A DNA stretch of 64,000 nt from an uncultured Clostridia bacterium (GTDB taxonomy: Bacteria; Bacillota; Clostridia; Christensenellales; QALW01): positions 7,323 to 71,322 of the forward strand of contig CAUDEY010000008.1 of the NCBI GenBank assembly GCA_958448705.1, given 5' to 3'. Position numbers and translations under genes: made by a program. Shown here piece by piece: positions 47,600 to 56,878 of the stretch. Below the pieces are notes generated by a model. The model was not told the DNA's origin and made no database searches. It was given only the letters and a program-made list of their open reading frames with translations. The first letter of the stretch is position 1. Each line of letters starts with the position of its first letter.

Positions 47600-47966
47600 A
47601 AACATTATGTCCTCTACGATGGAAAGCCTCAATAAAATGATCGATGTGGATAAGGTGATCGGTCATGCGGTAATTGCTCCCAACGGCGCTACGATTATTC
47701 CGGTATCTCAGTTAGCCTTCGGATTTGCTTCCGGCGGCGGAGAATATGAATTTCCGCAGAGTAAAAAAGAAGAATTTCCTTTTGCCGGCGGTGCCGGTGC
47801 GGGAATTTCGGTAAAACCCAGCGGATTTTTAGTAATCTCCGGGGATCTGATTCGCTTTTTGCCGATACAAAAAAGCAGCAGCTGTGATAAAATTATCGAT
47901 CTTGTTCCGCAGGTGGTAGAACAGATTAAGAATATGGGGAAGGAAGAAGATACCACTGTTGAATAA
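47580..47966 (+). CDS. ytfJ: Sporulation protein YtfJ (GerW family)
   Basis: IIPVSQLAFGFASGGGEY...GAGAGISVKPSGFLVI is the GerW/YtfJ signature. Confidence 0.85.
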   Translation: MEKHPIENIMSSTMESLNKMIDVDKVIGHAVIAPNGATIIPVSQLAFGFASGGGEYEFPQSKKEEFPFAGGAGAGISVKPSGFLVISGDLIRFLPIQKSSSCDKIIDLVPQVVEQIKNMGKEEDTTVE

Positions 47967-48036
47967 AACGAAACTGTAAATACTATAAAACGAGGGTTAA
48001 ATTACATTAACCCTATTTTTGTTTTTGGAGGAATTT

Positions 48037-49104
48037 ATGAAAAGAGTATTTGCGGCTTTTTTTGTTATTGTCAGCTTTTTAACAATTCCGGTATCCGCAC
48101 TGGAGGCTTCGGCTTATATTGTGATTGAACAAAGTACAGGCCGGGTGTTGTATGAGGCCAATGCGGATTCTCCGATGCCTATGGCCAGTACGACCAAGGT
48201 GATGACGGCTGTTTTGGTGATTGAGAATCTTGACTTGGCAAAGGAATATGATATTCCCGACGGTGCCGTGGGGATTCCCGGCTCTTCGATTTATTTGAAA
48301 AAAGGCGAAAAATTAACGGGGGAGGAACTCTTGTATGGGCTGATGCTGGCTTCCGGAAATGACGCCGCTTACGCCTTAGCCGAACTGACAAGCGGCAGCG
48401 TTGAGGCTTTTGTTGAAAAAATGAATCAAAAGGCTGTAGAGTTGGGGTTGGAACATACCCGCTTTGCAGATCCCTGCGGACTTGCAGCGCAAAATCATTA
48501 TACTTCTGCGCGGGATTTGGCCGTATTGTGTGCCTATGCACTGAATAATGAAATTTTTGCTCGTGTCGTAGCCACACAAAATTACCAGATACCGGGAGCG
48601 GAAGAGGGAACCTTGCGTTATTTGCATAATAAAAATCGAATTTTGGGGGAATGCTTAGGCGGAAACGGTATAAAAACCGGATATACCCGTGCAGCGGGGC
48701 GATGCTTATGTTCATCTGCTACCCGGAACGGCATGCAGCTGATCTGTGTTACGCTGAATGACTATAACTGGTTTAATGATTCTAAAACATTGCTGGAAAA
48801 GGGTTTTGCCGAATATACAATGGTCAGCCTGTTTGAAGAAAATAAAGTTGCAGGCGTCTGCAATATTTTAGACGGAAAAGAGGAAAAGTGTGATATAATA
48901 TGCAAAACAGAATTGGCATATCCCTTAAAGAAAGGGGAAAAGCTTTCTGTGGTAACAGATGTCATGCTCGAAAGGCAGGCGCCGGTTTCCCGTGGGGAAA
49001 AGGCCGGGGAGATTAGGGCGTATCTCAACGGTGAGCAGGTTGCTTCCAGCGAGTGTGTCTTTTATACCAGTGTGGAGAAAAAAATGAAATGGTTTGGACG
49101 GTAA
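48037..49104 (+). CDS. D-alanyl-D-alanine carboxypeptidase (PBP5-type)
   Basis: Signal peptide, then SxxK (ASTTKVM), SGN (ASGNDAA) and KTG (KTGYT). Confidence 0.9.
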   Translation: MKRVFAAFFVIVSFLTIPVSALEASAYIVIEQSTGRVLYEANADSPMPMASTTKVMTAVLVIENLDLAKEYDIPDGAVGIPGSSIYLKKGEKLTGEELLYGLMLASGNDAAYALAELTSGSVEAFVEKMNQKAVELGLEHTRFADPCGLAAQNHYTSARDLAVLCAYALNNEIFARVVATQNYQIPGAEEGTLRYLHNKNRILGECLGGNGIKTGYTRAAGRCLCSSATRNGMQLICVTLNDYNWFNDSKTLLEKGFAEYTMVSLFEENKVAGVCNILDGKEEKCDIICKTELAYPLKKGEKLSVVTDVMLERQAPVSRGEKAGEIRAYLNGEQVASSECVFYTSVEKKMKWFGR

Positions 49105-49108
49105 AAAG

Positions 49109-49813
49109 ATGAGATTGCAAAAGTATATGGCTGCCTGCGGTATAGCTTCTCGGCGGGCCTGCGAGCAATTGATCCTGCAGGGCAGGGTAAGCGTGAATGG
49201 AGAAACGATAACGCATTTGGGGACGCAGGTAGAAGAAAAGGATATCGTGGTATTTGACGGACAACAAATACAACCTGCTGAAAAGCGGGTATACATAATG
49301 CTGTATAAGCCGGATAAGGTGATTAGTACGGCAAATGATCCTGAGGGGAGAAAAACCGTGCTTGATCTGATAGAAACAAAACAGCGGCTCTATCCTGTAG
49401 GACGTCTGGATTATCATACGGAGGGACTGATCCTTTTGGTGAACGACGGCGATGCAGCGTATCATTTGACACATCCTAAGTTTGAAATCGAAAAGGAATA
49501 TCTGGCGGTAATCGCCGGAGGAATTGAGCGAGAAGAAATTCTAAAGCTTCAGTCTGGCGTAATCATTGACGGGATAAAGACTTCTCCCTGCAAAATCAAG
49601 CGCTGTGATGCTACGGAACATACGACCTCGCTTTCGGTGATTCTTCATGAGGGACGCAACCGGCAGGTTCGTAAAATGTTTGAAGCTGTTGGTAAAAATG
49701 TGCTTCATTTAACCAGAATACGCCACGGTGAGCTTGTGCTTTCTGGGTTAAAGCCGGGGCAGTGGAGGTATTTAAATGCAGAGGAGATTGCTTACCTTGA
49801 AAATTTAAAATAA
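49109..49813 (+). CDS. rluB: RsuA/RluB-family pseudouridine synthase
   Basis: The S4 domain is RLQKYMAACGIASRRACEQLILQGRVSVNG. The catalytic motif is GRLDYHTEGLILL. Confidence 0.85.
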   Translation: MRLQKYMAACGIASRRACEQLILQGRVSVNGETITHLGTQVEEKDIVVFDGQQIQPAEKRVYIMLYKPDKVISTANDPEGRKTVLDLIETKQRLYPVGRLDYHTEGLILLVNDGDAAYHLTHPKFEIEKEYLAVIAGGIEREEILKLQSGVIIDGIKTSPCKIKRCDATEHTTSLSVILHEGRNRQVRKMFEAVGKNVLHLTRIRHGELVLSGLKPGQWRYLNAEEIAYLENLK

Positions 49814-50099
49814 GTGGTAAAAAATTGATAAAAAGTGTTTGCCAAACGAGCCTGTTTTGTGATATTATAAAGTGCGATAATTTTTACAAAGCGAAAGGGT
49901 TTGCAATGAGCAGGCATGTTCAAAAATCAGCATTGCACAGTAGTATAGGTATGGCATTGGGAGCCGGCCTTAGTGCAGCATTCCTGTTTTTAAAATACGG
50001 CACGGCAAAGGCGTCTTGCAAAAAAGCAACGGCGGGCTGTGCTTTTATTTTTGCCGCGCAGTAAATTTTTCGTGTGTTAGAATAAAGGGGTGATAGAGT

Positions 50100-50453
50100 A
50101 TGGTATTTCATTTTCAGGTAATGGCCGAAGCGCTGAGTATAACCGATTCCTTAAAAGTTACGGCAATCGGATTGCTCGTTGTTTTTGCAGTACTGGCTAT
50201 CCTTATATTTTTTATTGAAGGTATCCACGCCGTATTTAAGGATAGAAAGCCTAAGGCGGAAACAAAAGCGGAGCGCACACCGGTAAAACAACAACCGGAA
50301 GAGCGTATTTCCGCAGGTGTTATGGCAGAGGTGCCGCCGGCAGAAGAGGCTGCCGAAGACGGTGAGTTTATTGCTGCGGTTTCGGCTGCGGTTTCTCTGG
50401 CAACGGGAAAGCCCAATACTTCATTTGTTATCAAATCCATTAAAAACGGTTAA
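50100..50453 (+). CDS. oadG: OadG-family decarboxylase gamma subunit
   Basis: A single TM (VTAIGLLVVFAVLAILIFFI) followed by an A/E/P-rich tail. First gene of the decarboxylase cluster. Confidence 0.7.
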   Translation: MVFHFQVMAEALSITDSLKVTAIGLLVVFAVLAILIFFIEGIHAVFKDRKPKAETKAERTPVKQQPEERISAGVMAEVPPAEEAAEDGEFIAAVSAAVSLATGKPNTSFVIKSIKNG

Positions 50454-50467
50454 AACAGGAGGAAACG

Positions 50468-50836
50468 ATGATGCGTAAATTTAATATCAATGTAAACGGA
50501 AAAATATATGTAGTGGAAATAGAAGAAACAGGGGAAGCGGCTCCGGTTATTGAGCCTTTTAAGGCAGCAGAAGCGCCTAAGGCAGAAACACCTAAAGCCG
50601 CAGAAGCACCGAAGGCAGCAGCCGGCGCGACAACAATCAACGCGCCTATGCCCGGAACGATTCTCGATGTAAAGGTTGCCGTGGGTACGGCGGTAAAAGC
50701 CGGGGATGTGATCTGCATTTTAGAGGCGATGAAAATGGAAAATGAAATCGTTGCTCCGCAGGATGGTACAATTACCAGTGTAGTTGCCAAGGGCGCCAGT
50801 GTAAATTCGGGCGATCTTTTAGCGGCTATGGAATGA
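50468..50836 (+). CDS. Free-standing biotin carboxyl carrier (biotinyl domain) subunit
   Basis: A/P/K-rich linker, then the biotinylation motif CILEAMKMENEI. Confidence 0.88.
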   Translation: MMRKFNINVNGKIYVVEIEETGEAAPVIEPFKAAEAPKAETPKAAEAPKAAAGATTINAPMPGTILDVKVAVGTAVKAGDVICILEAMKMENEIVAPQDGTITSVVAKGASVNSGDLLAAME

Positions 50837-50856
50837 AAATATGCGGGGGTAGTTAC

Positions 50857-52107
50857 ATGAATTTTATTGCTCTTGCGGAAGCTCCCAGCATTGATATCAG
50901 CCAAACCATTAGGGATTTATGGGCTGAGAGCGGATTATATGATATTTTTCATAATTTTTTAGACAGCGGCTGGCAGACGTTGGCGATGATTTTCATTGCC
51001 TGCGTGCTGCTTTATCTGGCAATCGGCAAAAAATTTGAGCCATTACTGCTGCTGCCTATCGCAACAGGCATTCTGTTGGCTAATGTCGGCGGCGGAGAGA
51101 TTTTTAACAGTCAGTGCTTTGCCGATGGACATGTCAACTGGGAATGCTTTAACGGTACTGGCGCTGTGATCGACGGCGAACTGGTAAAGGCCGGATTGTT
51201 TGATTATCTTTATCTTGGTGTAAAGCTGGGAATTTATCCGTGCTTGATTTTTATGGGGGTAGGCGCGATGACGGATTTCAGTCCTTTGATTGCCAACCCC
51301 AAAAGCTTGATTCTCGGTGCGGCGGCGCAGCTGGGGATTTTTATAGCGCTGATTATTGCAGGTCTTCTGGACTTTTCGGGCAATGTGGCAGCCAGTATCG
51401 GAATTATCGGCGGTGCCGACGGCCCCACGGCAATTTTGGTTACCTCGCTTTTAGCACCGGATAAGCTGGCACCGATTGCGATTGCAGCCTATTCCTACAT
51501 GGCGCTGGTACCGGTTATTCAGCCGCCCATTATGCGTTTGCTTACGACAAAAAAAGAACGCGAAATTGTTATGGAGCAGCTTCGGCCGGTTTCTAAACGG
51601 GAATTAATCATATTCCCTATAGCTACTGCGGCAGTTATTATTTTGATTTTGCCGTCTACTGCACCGCTGATTGGCAGCTTGATGTTCGGTAACTTGCTGC
51701 GTGTTTGCGGTGTGACAGAGCGTTTGAATAAAACAGTGCAGAATGAGCTTTGCAATATCGTTACGATCTTTTTAGGCGTTACGGTAGGTGCTACGGCCGT
51801 AGGGGAATCGTTCCTGAATTTGGAAACGGTACTTATTATTTGCTTGGGACTTGTTGCGTTTGCAATGGGAACAGCAGGCGGTGTACTGCTGGGCAAGCTG
51901 ATGTGTTTGCTGACCAAAGGCAAGATCAATCCGCTGATCGGCGCGGCCGGCGTTTCAGCTGTGCCGATGGCAGCGCGTGTTGCACAGAAGGAAGGACAGA
52001 AAGCTAACCCCAAAAATTTCCTGCTGATGCATGCTATGGGACCCAATGTGGCCGGCGTTATCGGCTCGGCTGTTGCTGCGGGCGTATTGCTTTCAATTTT
52101 CGGTTAA
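50857..52107 (+). CDS. oadB: Na+-translocating decarboxylase beta subunit
   Basis: Polytopic membrane protein. MIFIACVLLYLAIGKKFEPLLLLPIATGILLANV and GAAGVSAVPMAARV are typical OadB/GcdB/MmdB blocks. Confidence 0.88.
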   Translation: MNFIALAEAPSIDISQTIRDLWAESGLYDIFHNFLDSGWQTLAMIFIACVLLYLAIGKKFEPLLLLPIATGILLANVGGGEIFNSQCFADGHVNWECFNGTGAVIDGELVKAGLFDYLYLGVKLGIYPCLIFMGVGAMTDFSPLIANPKSLILGAAAQLGIFIALIIAGLLDFSGNVAASIGIIGGADGPTAILVTSLLAPDKLAPIAIAAYSYMALVPVIQPPIMRLLTTKKEREIVMEQLRPVSKRELIIFPIATAAVIILILPSTAPLIGSLMFGNLLRVCGVTERLNKTVQNELCNIVTIFLGVTVGATAVGESFLNLETVLIICLGLVAFAMGTAGGVLLGKLMCLLTKGKINPLIGAAGVSAVPMAARVAQKEGQKANPKNFLLMHAMGPNVAGVIGSAVAAGVLLSIFG

Positions 52108-52122
52108 TATAGGAGGACGATT

Positions 52123-53508
52123 ATGGGAAAAGTATTGATTACGGATACGATCCTCCGTGACGCGCACCAATCGCAGGCGGCTACCAGGATGCGCCTGGAT
52201 GAAATGCTTCCGGCATGCGAGGTTCTTGATAGCATCGGCTATTATTCATTAGAAGCATGGGGCGGTGCCACGTTTGATTCGTGCCTGCGCTTTTTGAATG
52301 AGGATCCGTGGGATCGGCTGCGTGCTTTGCGTAAGGCACTGCCCAATACGAAGCTTCAAATGCTGCTTCGCGGCCAGAATATTTTAGGTTACCGCCATTA
52401 TGCGGATGATGTGGTGGATAAGTTTGTACAAAAGAGTATTGAAAACGGGATAGATATCATTCGTATCTTTGATGCGCTGAATGATTTGCGCAATATGGAA
52501 CAAGCGGCAAAAAGCACTAAGAAATACGGCGGTATCGCTGAACTTGCCATGAGCTATACGATCAGCCCGGTGCATACTACCGACTATTTTGTGGATTTGG
52601 CAAAGCAGATGGAACAGATGGGCGCGGATACCATATGTATTAAGGATATGGCCAATCTGCTGCTGCCTTACGATGCATATGACCTTGTGAAAAAGCTGAA
52701 AGCCGCCGTAAAAGTGCCGATTCATCTTCATACCCACAATACCAGCGGAACCGGTGATATGACCATTTTAAAGGCTATTGAAGCCGGTGTAGATATCGTG
52801 GATACGGCGCTTTCCCCGCTTGCTAACGGCACTAGTCAGCCTGCAACCGAATCATTGGTAGCGACGCTCAGGGGGACTGCGTACGATACCGGACTGCAGC
52901 TGGATAAGCTTGTTGAGGCAAGTAAACACTTTAAAAAGGTGGCTCAGCGGCTGAAAGATGATAAGATTTTGGATCCGAAAGTATTGGCAGTGGATATCAA
53001 CACGCTGCTCTATCAGGTTCCAGGAGGAATGCTTTCCAATTTGATTTCCCAGCTGAAAGAAGCGGGGCAGGAGGATAAACTGACCCAATGCTTGGCGGAA
53101 GTACCGAATGTTCGAAAAGATTTCGGCTACCCGCCGTTGGTTACGCCTACCAGCCAAATTGTAGGCACTCAGGCGGTGCTTAACGTTCTTTGCGGCGAGC
53201 GGTACAAAATGGTTACTAAAGAATCCAAAGGTCTTTTGGCGGGCGAGTACGGTCATTTACCGGCACCGGTGAATGAAGAGGTGCGCAAAAAATGCATCGG
53301 TGATACACCGGTGATTACCGGCCGGCCGGCGGATGCCTTGAAGCCTGAATTTGATAAATATATTGAGGAAATCAAGGATTATATGATTCAGGAGGAAGAC
53401 GCACTCTCTTACGCACTATTCCCCCAGGTTGCCATGAATTTCTTTAAAAAACGTAAGGAGGCGGCCCAGGGAAGTTTGGATATTAAGGTAAGTGTAACGG
53501 AAATTTAG
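52123..53508 (+). CDS. oadA: Oxaloacetate decarboxylase alpha (carboxyltransferase) subunit lacking a biotinyl domain
   Basis: ITDTILRDAHQS, ICIKDMANLL and HLHTHNTSGTG (HMGL-like TIM barrel plus PYC_OADA). The protein ends without an AMKM motif. Confidence 0.88.
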   Translation: MGKVLITDTILRDAHQSQAATRMRLDEMLPACEVLDSIGYYSLEAWGGATFDSCLRFLNEDPWDRLRALRKALPNTKLQMLLRGQNILGYRHYADDVVDKFVQKSIENGIDIIRIFDALNDLRNMEQAAKSTKKYGGIAELAMSYTISPVHTTDYFVDLAKQMEQMGADTICIKDMANLLLPYDAYDLVKKLKAAVKVPIHLHTHNTSGTGDMTILKAIEAGVDIVDTALSPLANGTSQPATESLVATLRGTAYDTGLQLDKLVEASKHFKKVAQRLKDDKILDPKVLAVDINTLLYQVPGGMLSNLISQLKEAGQEDKLTQCLAEVPNVRKDFGYPPLVTPTSQIVGTQAVLNVLCGERYKMVTKESKGLLAGEYGHLPAPVNEEVRKKCIGDTPVITGRPADALKPEFDKYIEEIKDYMIQEEDALSYALFPQVAMNFFKKRKEAAQGSLDIKVSVTEI

Positions 53509-53535
53509 TATTTTACCTGAAACGGGGAAGAAAAA

Positions 53536-54390
53536 ATGAATGCGGATTTTACGGAAAAGATAGATCTTGCATACAAAAAAATGAGCAAAGGGCAAAAAAG
53601 CATAGCCAAATATATTTTAGAGAATTATGATAAGGCGGCTTTTATGACGGCCAGTAAGCTTGGAGGCAGTGTCGGCGTAAGCGAATCTACGGTGGTTCGC
53701 TTCGCCGATTCCTTGGGTTATGACGGATATCCGGAGCTTCAGCGTGAGCTGCAGGAAATGCTGCGCAGCCGTTTAACCGGCATGCAGCGTATGGAGCTTA
53801 CAGGACAGCTGCCGAATACCAAGCTGTTTGAAAAGGTTTTAAAAACAGATATTGAGAATATTCGCGTTACTTTAAATCAAATTGATCGGCAGGCCTTTGA
53901 GCATACCGTAAGCGCTTTGATTGACGCTAAAAGAGTATATATTATGGGAATTCGTTCAGCCGGAACCATAGCAAATCTCTTGGGATATTATTTGGATTTT
54001 ATTTTAGATAACGTGCGTACAGTGAATGGCTCTCCCAATGATACCATTGAACAGATCATTCATATAGGAGAAGGCGATGTGTTCGTAGGGATTAGTTTTC
54101 CCAGATATTCCCGGCGTACAGTAGAGGCAATGAAATTTGCACGGGCGCACGGTGCAAAATGTATTGGAATTACAGATAGTGCCTTTTCGCCTTTAATGGA
54201 ACTTTCAGATATCAATATGGAGATCCGATGCGATACGGTATCATTTGTGGATTCCCTTGTGGCGCCGCTGAGCGTAGTAAACGCTTTGCTTGCGGCTATC
54301 AGTCAAAAGAAGAAAGAAGCGCTTTCGTTAAATTTAAAGGAAATGGAAAATATATGGAATCAAAATGATTTCTATGCAGGAAAAAAGTAA
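53536..54390 (+). CDS. MurR/RpiR-family transcriptional regulator
   Basis: N-terminal HTH_6 (SKLGGSVGVSESTVVRFADSLG) plus a SIS domain. Confidence 0.85.
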   Translation: MNADFTEKIDLAYKKMSKGQKSIAKYILENYDKAAFMTASKLGGSVGVSESTVVRFADSLGYDGYPELQRELQEMLRSRLTGMQRMELTGQLPNTKLFEKVLKTDIENIRVTLNQIDRQAFEHTVSALIDAKRVYIMGIRSAGTIANLLGYYLDFILDNVRTVNGSPNDTIEQIIHIGEGDVFVGISFPRYSRRTVEAMKFARAHGAKCIGITDSAFSPLMELSDINMEIRCDTVSFVDSLVAPLSVVNALLAAISQKKKEALSLNLKEMENIWNQNDFYAGKK

Positions 54391-55606
54391 GAGGGTCTTT
54401 GTAGTTGGCGGCGGTCCTGCCGGCATGATGGCAGCGGCGCAGGCAGCGGCACAGGGGTATGAGACCATATTGCTTGAAAAAAATGAAAAATTGGGTAAAA
54501 AACTGTTTATCAGCGGCAAGGGCAGATGTAATGTTACCAATAGCTGCGATATGGTGGATTTTTTTGAAAATATTGCTCATAACAGCAGTTTTTGTTACTC
54601 TGCCGTCTATACATTTCCTCCGGAGCTGACGATGAATTTGATTGAGGAGCAGGGGGTGCCGTTGAAGATTGAGCGCGGCGGCCGTGTCTTTCCGGTAAGC
54701 GATAAATCCAGCGATGTGATTAAGGCGCTTGAAAGATATGTGCGGCAGGCGGGGGCGGAAATACGGCTGAATACGAGGCTGGAAAATATTTTTACGGCCG
54801 ACGGCAAAATTACTGGCATTCAGTATGACGGAAAAGTTCATTCGTGTGATGGCTTGATTCTGGCAATGGGCGGGGCATCATATGTTTCTACAGGATCCGA
54901 TGGCGCCTGGCGTGATCAGCTGGTGCGGCTGGGGCATACTGTGGAAGAATTTATACCGGCATTGGTGCCGTTAACGAGTCCGCAGCTGTGGGTGCGCCAG
55001 CTCCAGGGACTCTCTTTAAAAAATGTAAGGTTAAAGGCGGTTTTCGGTTCAAAGATTGTTTTTGACGAACTGGGAGAAATGCTTTTTACGCATTTTGGCC
55101 TGTCAGGACCGCTGGTGCTGTCTTTAAGCAGCCGCTTAGAACAGCCGGACTTTAAGAAGCTGAGGCTTTTGATTGATCTAAAACCCGGACTTACGGTTGA
55201 ACAGCTGAACAACCGGCTTTTGCGGGACTTTGCTAAATACGGGAGCAAAACGCTGAAAAACGCAATGGTTGAGCTGCTTCCCGCCCGGTTGATTCCTGCG
55301 GTGATTACGGCGGCCGCACTTGAGGAAACGCTTGCTGTGAGCCAGCTTTCTCAGGAAAAGAGGGCACGGCTTATAAAGGCATTCAAGGAGTTGCCCATAG
55401 AGGTTGACGGTTTCCGGCCGTTGAATGAGGCCATTGTGACAAGAGGCGGAATCTCAGTAAAGGAAATTGATCCTTCCACGATGCAGAGCAAGCGGATAGC
55501 AGGTCTGTTTTTTGCAGGGGAAATGATCGATATTGATGCTTATACAGGCGGATTTAATATTCAGTTGGCGCTTTCTACCGGTTTTTTGGCGGGAAGTTCC
55601 TGTTAG
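54365..55606 (+). CDS. HI0933/BaiN-like NAD(P)/FAD-dependent oxidoreductase
   Basis: VFVVGGGPAGMMAA..., RVFP, and C-terminal GLFFAGEMIDIDAYTGGFN. Confidence 0.85.
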   Translation: MISMQEKSKRVFVVGGGPAGMMAAAQAAAQGYETILLEKNEKLGKKLFISGKGRCNVTNSCDMVDFFENIAHNSSFCYSAVYTFPPELTMNLIEEQGVPLKIERGGRVFPVSDKSSDVIKALERYVRQAGAEIRLNTRLENIFTADGKITGIQYDGKVHSCDGLILAMGGASYVSTGSDGAWRDQLVRLGHTVEEFIPALVPLTSPQLWVRQLQGLSLKNVRLKAVFGSKIVFDELGEMLFTHFGLSGPLVLSLSSRLEQPDFKKLRLLIDLKPGLTVEQLNNRLLRDFAKYGSKTLKNAMVELLPARLIPAVITAAALEETLAVSQLSQEKRARLIKAFKELPIEVDGFRPLNEAIVTRGGISVKEIDPSTMQSKRIAGLFFAGEMIDIDAYTGGFNIQLALSTGFLAGSSC

Positions 55607-55615
55607 GAGAATTTT

Positions 55616-56275
55616 ATGCAAATAGCACTTGATGGTCCGGCCGGCGCCGGAAAGAGCACCGTAGCCAAAGCAATCGCTAAAAAATTAGGCATTGTATATT
55701 TGGATACCGGAGCAATGTATCGGGCGGTAGCTTTATTTATGTTAGAGCATGGCATTGCGCCGGAAAATATACCGGCTGTTGAAAAAGCACTTGAAAACGT
55801 GGAGCTTTCTATAAAGTACGATGATGGTGTGCAGAGAATTTATTTGTGCGGGCAAGATGTTTCGGATGCGATACGGGAAAACCGGATTTCAGCTGCAGCG
55901 TCAAGCTTTTCAGCAATACCGGCAGTAAGAGTGTTTTTAGTACAAATGCAGCGCAGACTTGCCGAAAAAAATGATTGCGTGCTTGACGGACGGGATATCG
56001 GAACTTTTGTGTTGCCGAATGCGGATTTTAAATTTTATCTTACCGCTGATGCGGCAGAACGGGCCAAACGCCGTGCGGCAGAATTGGAAGCTCGCGGTGA
56101 GCCGGCAGATGTGGAAAAAATTCAAAAAGAGATTGAAGCGCGGGATTATGCGGATTCCCATCGGGAATTTGCTCCCCTGCGTCAGGCTGAGGATGCCCTG
56201 CTGGTAGACAGCACGCATCTTTCAGCAAAACAGGTAACAGATTTTATCATTAACAAGATAAAAGAAGGAAGATAG
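55616..56275 (+). CDS. cmk: Cytidylate kinase
   Basis: IALDGPAGAGKSTVAK...LDTGAMYRA...DGRDIGT. Confidence 0.92.
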   Translation: MQIALDGPAGAGKSTVAKAIAKKLGIVYLDTGAMYRAVALFMLEHGIAPENIPAVEKALENVELSIKYDDGVQRIYLCGQDVSDAIRENRISAAASSFSAIPAVRVFLVQMQRRLAEKNDCVLDGRDIGTFVLPNADFKFYLTADAAERAKRRAAELEARGEPADVEKIQKEIEARDYADSHREFAPLRQAEDALLVDSTHLSAKQVTDFIINKIKEGR

Positions 56276-56878
56276 ATGTTTCATGGATTTGTGCGTGGTC
56301 TGGCAAGACTTATATTTGCCTTGTTCAGCCATACGAAGGTGTACGGCAAAGAAAATATATTGCATTGCGGCAATGTGATCTATGTATGCAATCATCAGAG
56401 TGTTGTGGATGCGTTTATCAGTTTTTATGTGCTGCCTTCAGAAACATATTTTATGTCAAAAAAAGAAGTATTCAACAATAAGTTTTATGCCTTCTTTTTA
56501 AAACGGCTGCAAATGTTTCCGATCAATCGGGAAACGGTAGATTTAAAGGCTATTAAATATGCCTGCGATATATTAGAAGAAGGAAATGCACTATGTATTT
56601 TTCCTCAAGGGACACGGCATACGGAGCCATGGGTTCGTTTAGAGGATATGCATGCGGGCATCGGTATGATTGCCCTAAGGCAAAAAAGCCGTGTTGTGCC
56701 AATGATGTTTAAGGAAAAGCCGGCATTCTTTAAAAAAAACGAATTAGTGATCGGGAAGGAAATCGATCTTTCTTCTTTTGAAGGAAAAAGGCCGAATTCG
56801 GAAGAGATGAAACGTTTTGTACAACTGGTTACCCAAAAGATGAATGAGCTTCTGGAGAATGGATCATGCGGTTTTTGA
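56276..56878 (+). CDS. plsC: 1-acyl-sn-glycerol-3-phosphate acyltransferase
   Basis: NHQSVVD (HxxxxD) and FPQGTR motifs. Confidence 0.85.
   Translation: MFHGFVRGLARLIFALFSHTKVYGKENILHCGNVIYVCNHQSVVDAFISFYVLPSETYFMSKKEVFNNKFYAFFLKRLQMFPINRETVDLKAIKYACDILEEGNALCIFPQGTRHTEPWVRLEDMHAGIGMIALRQKSRVVPMMFKEKPAFFKKNELVIGKEIDLSSFEGKRPNSEEMKRFVQLVTQKMNELLENGSCGF

Noticed and set aside
49825-50064. 79-aa ORF (or 53 aa from ATG 49906) between rluB and oadG
   Set aside because: It is short with a weak RBS. Only one hydrophobic stretch suggests a membrane peptide, which is not enough to call a gene.
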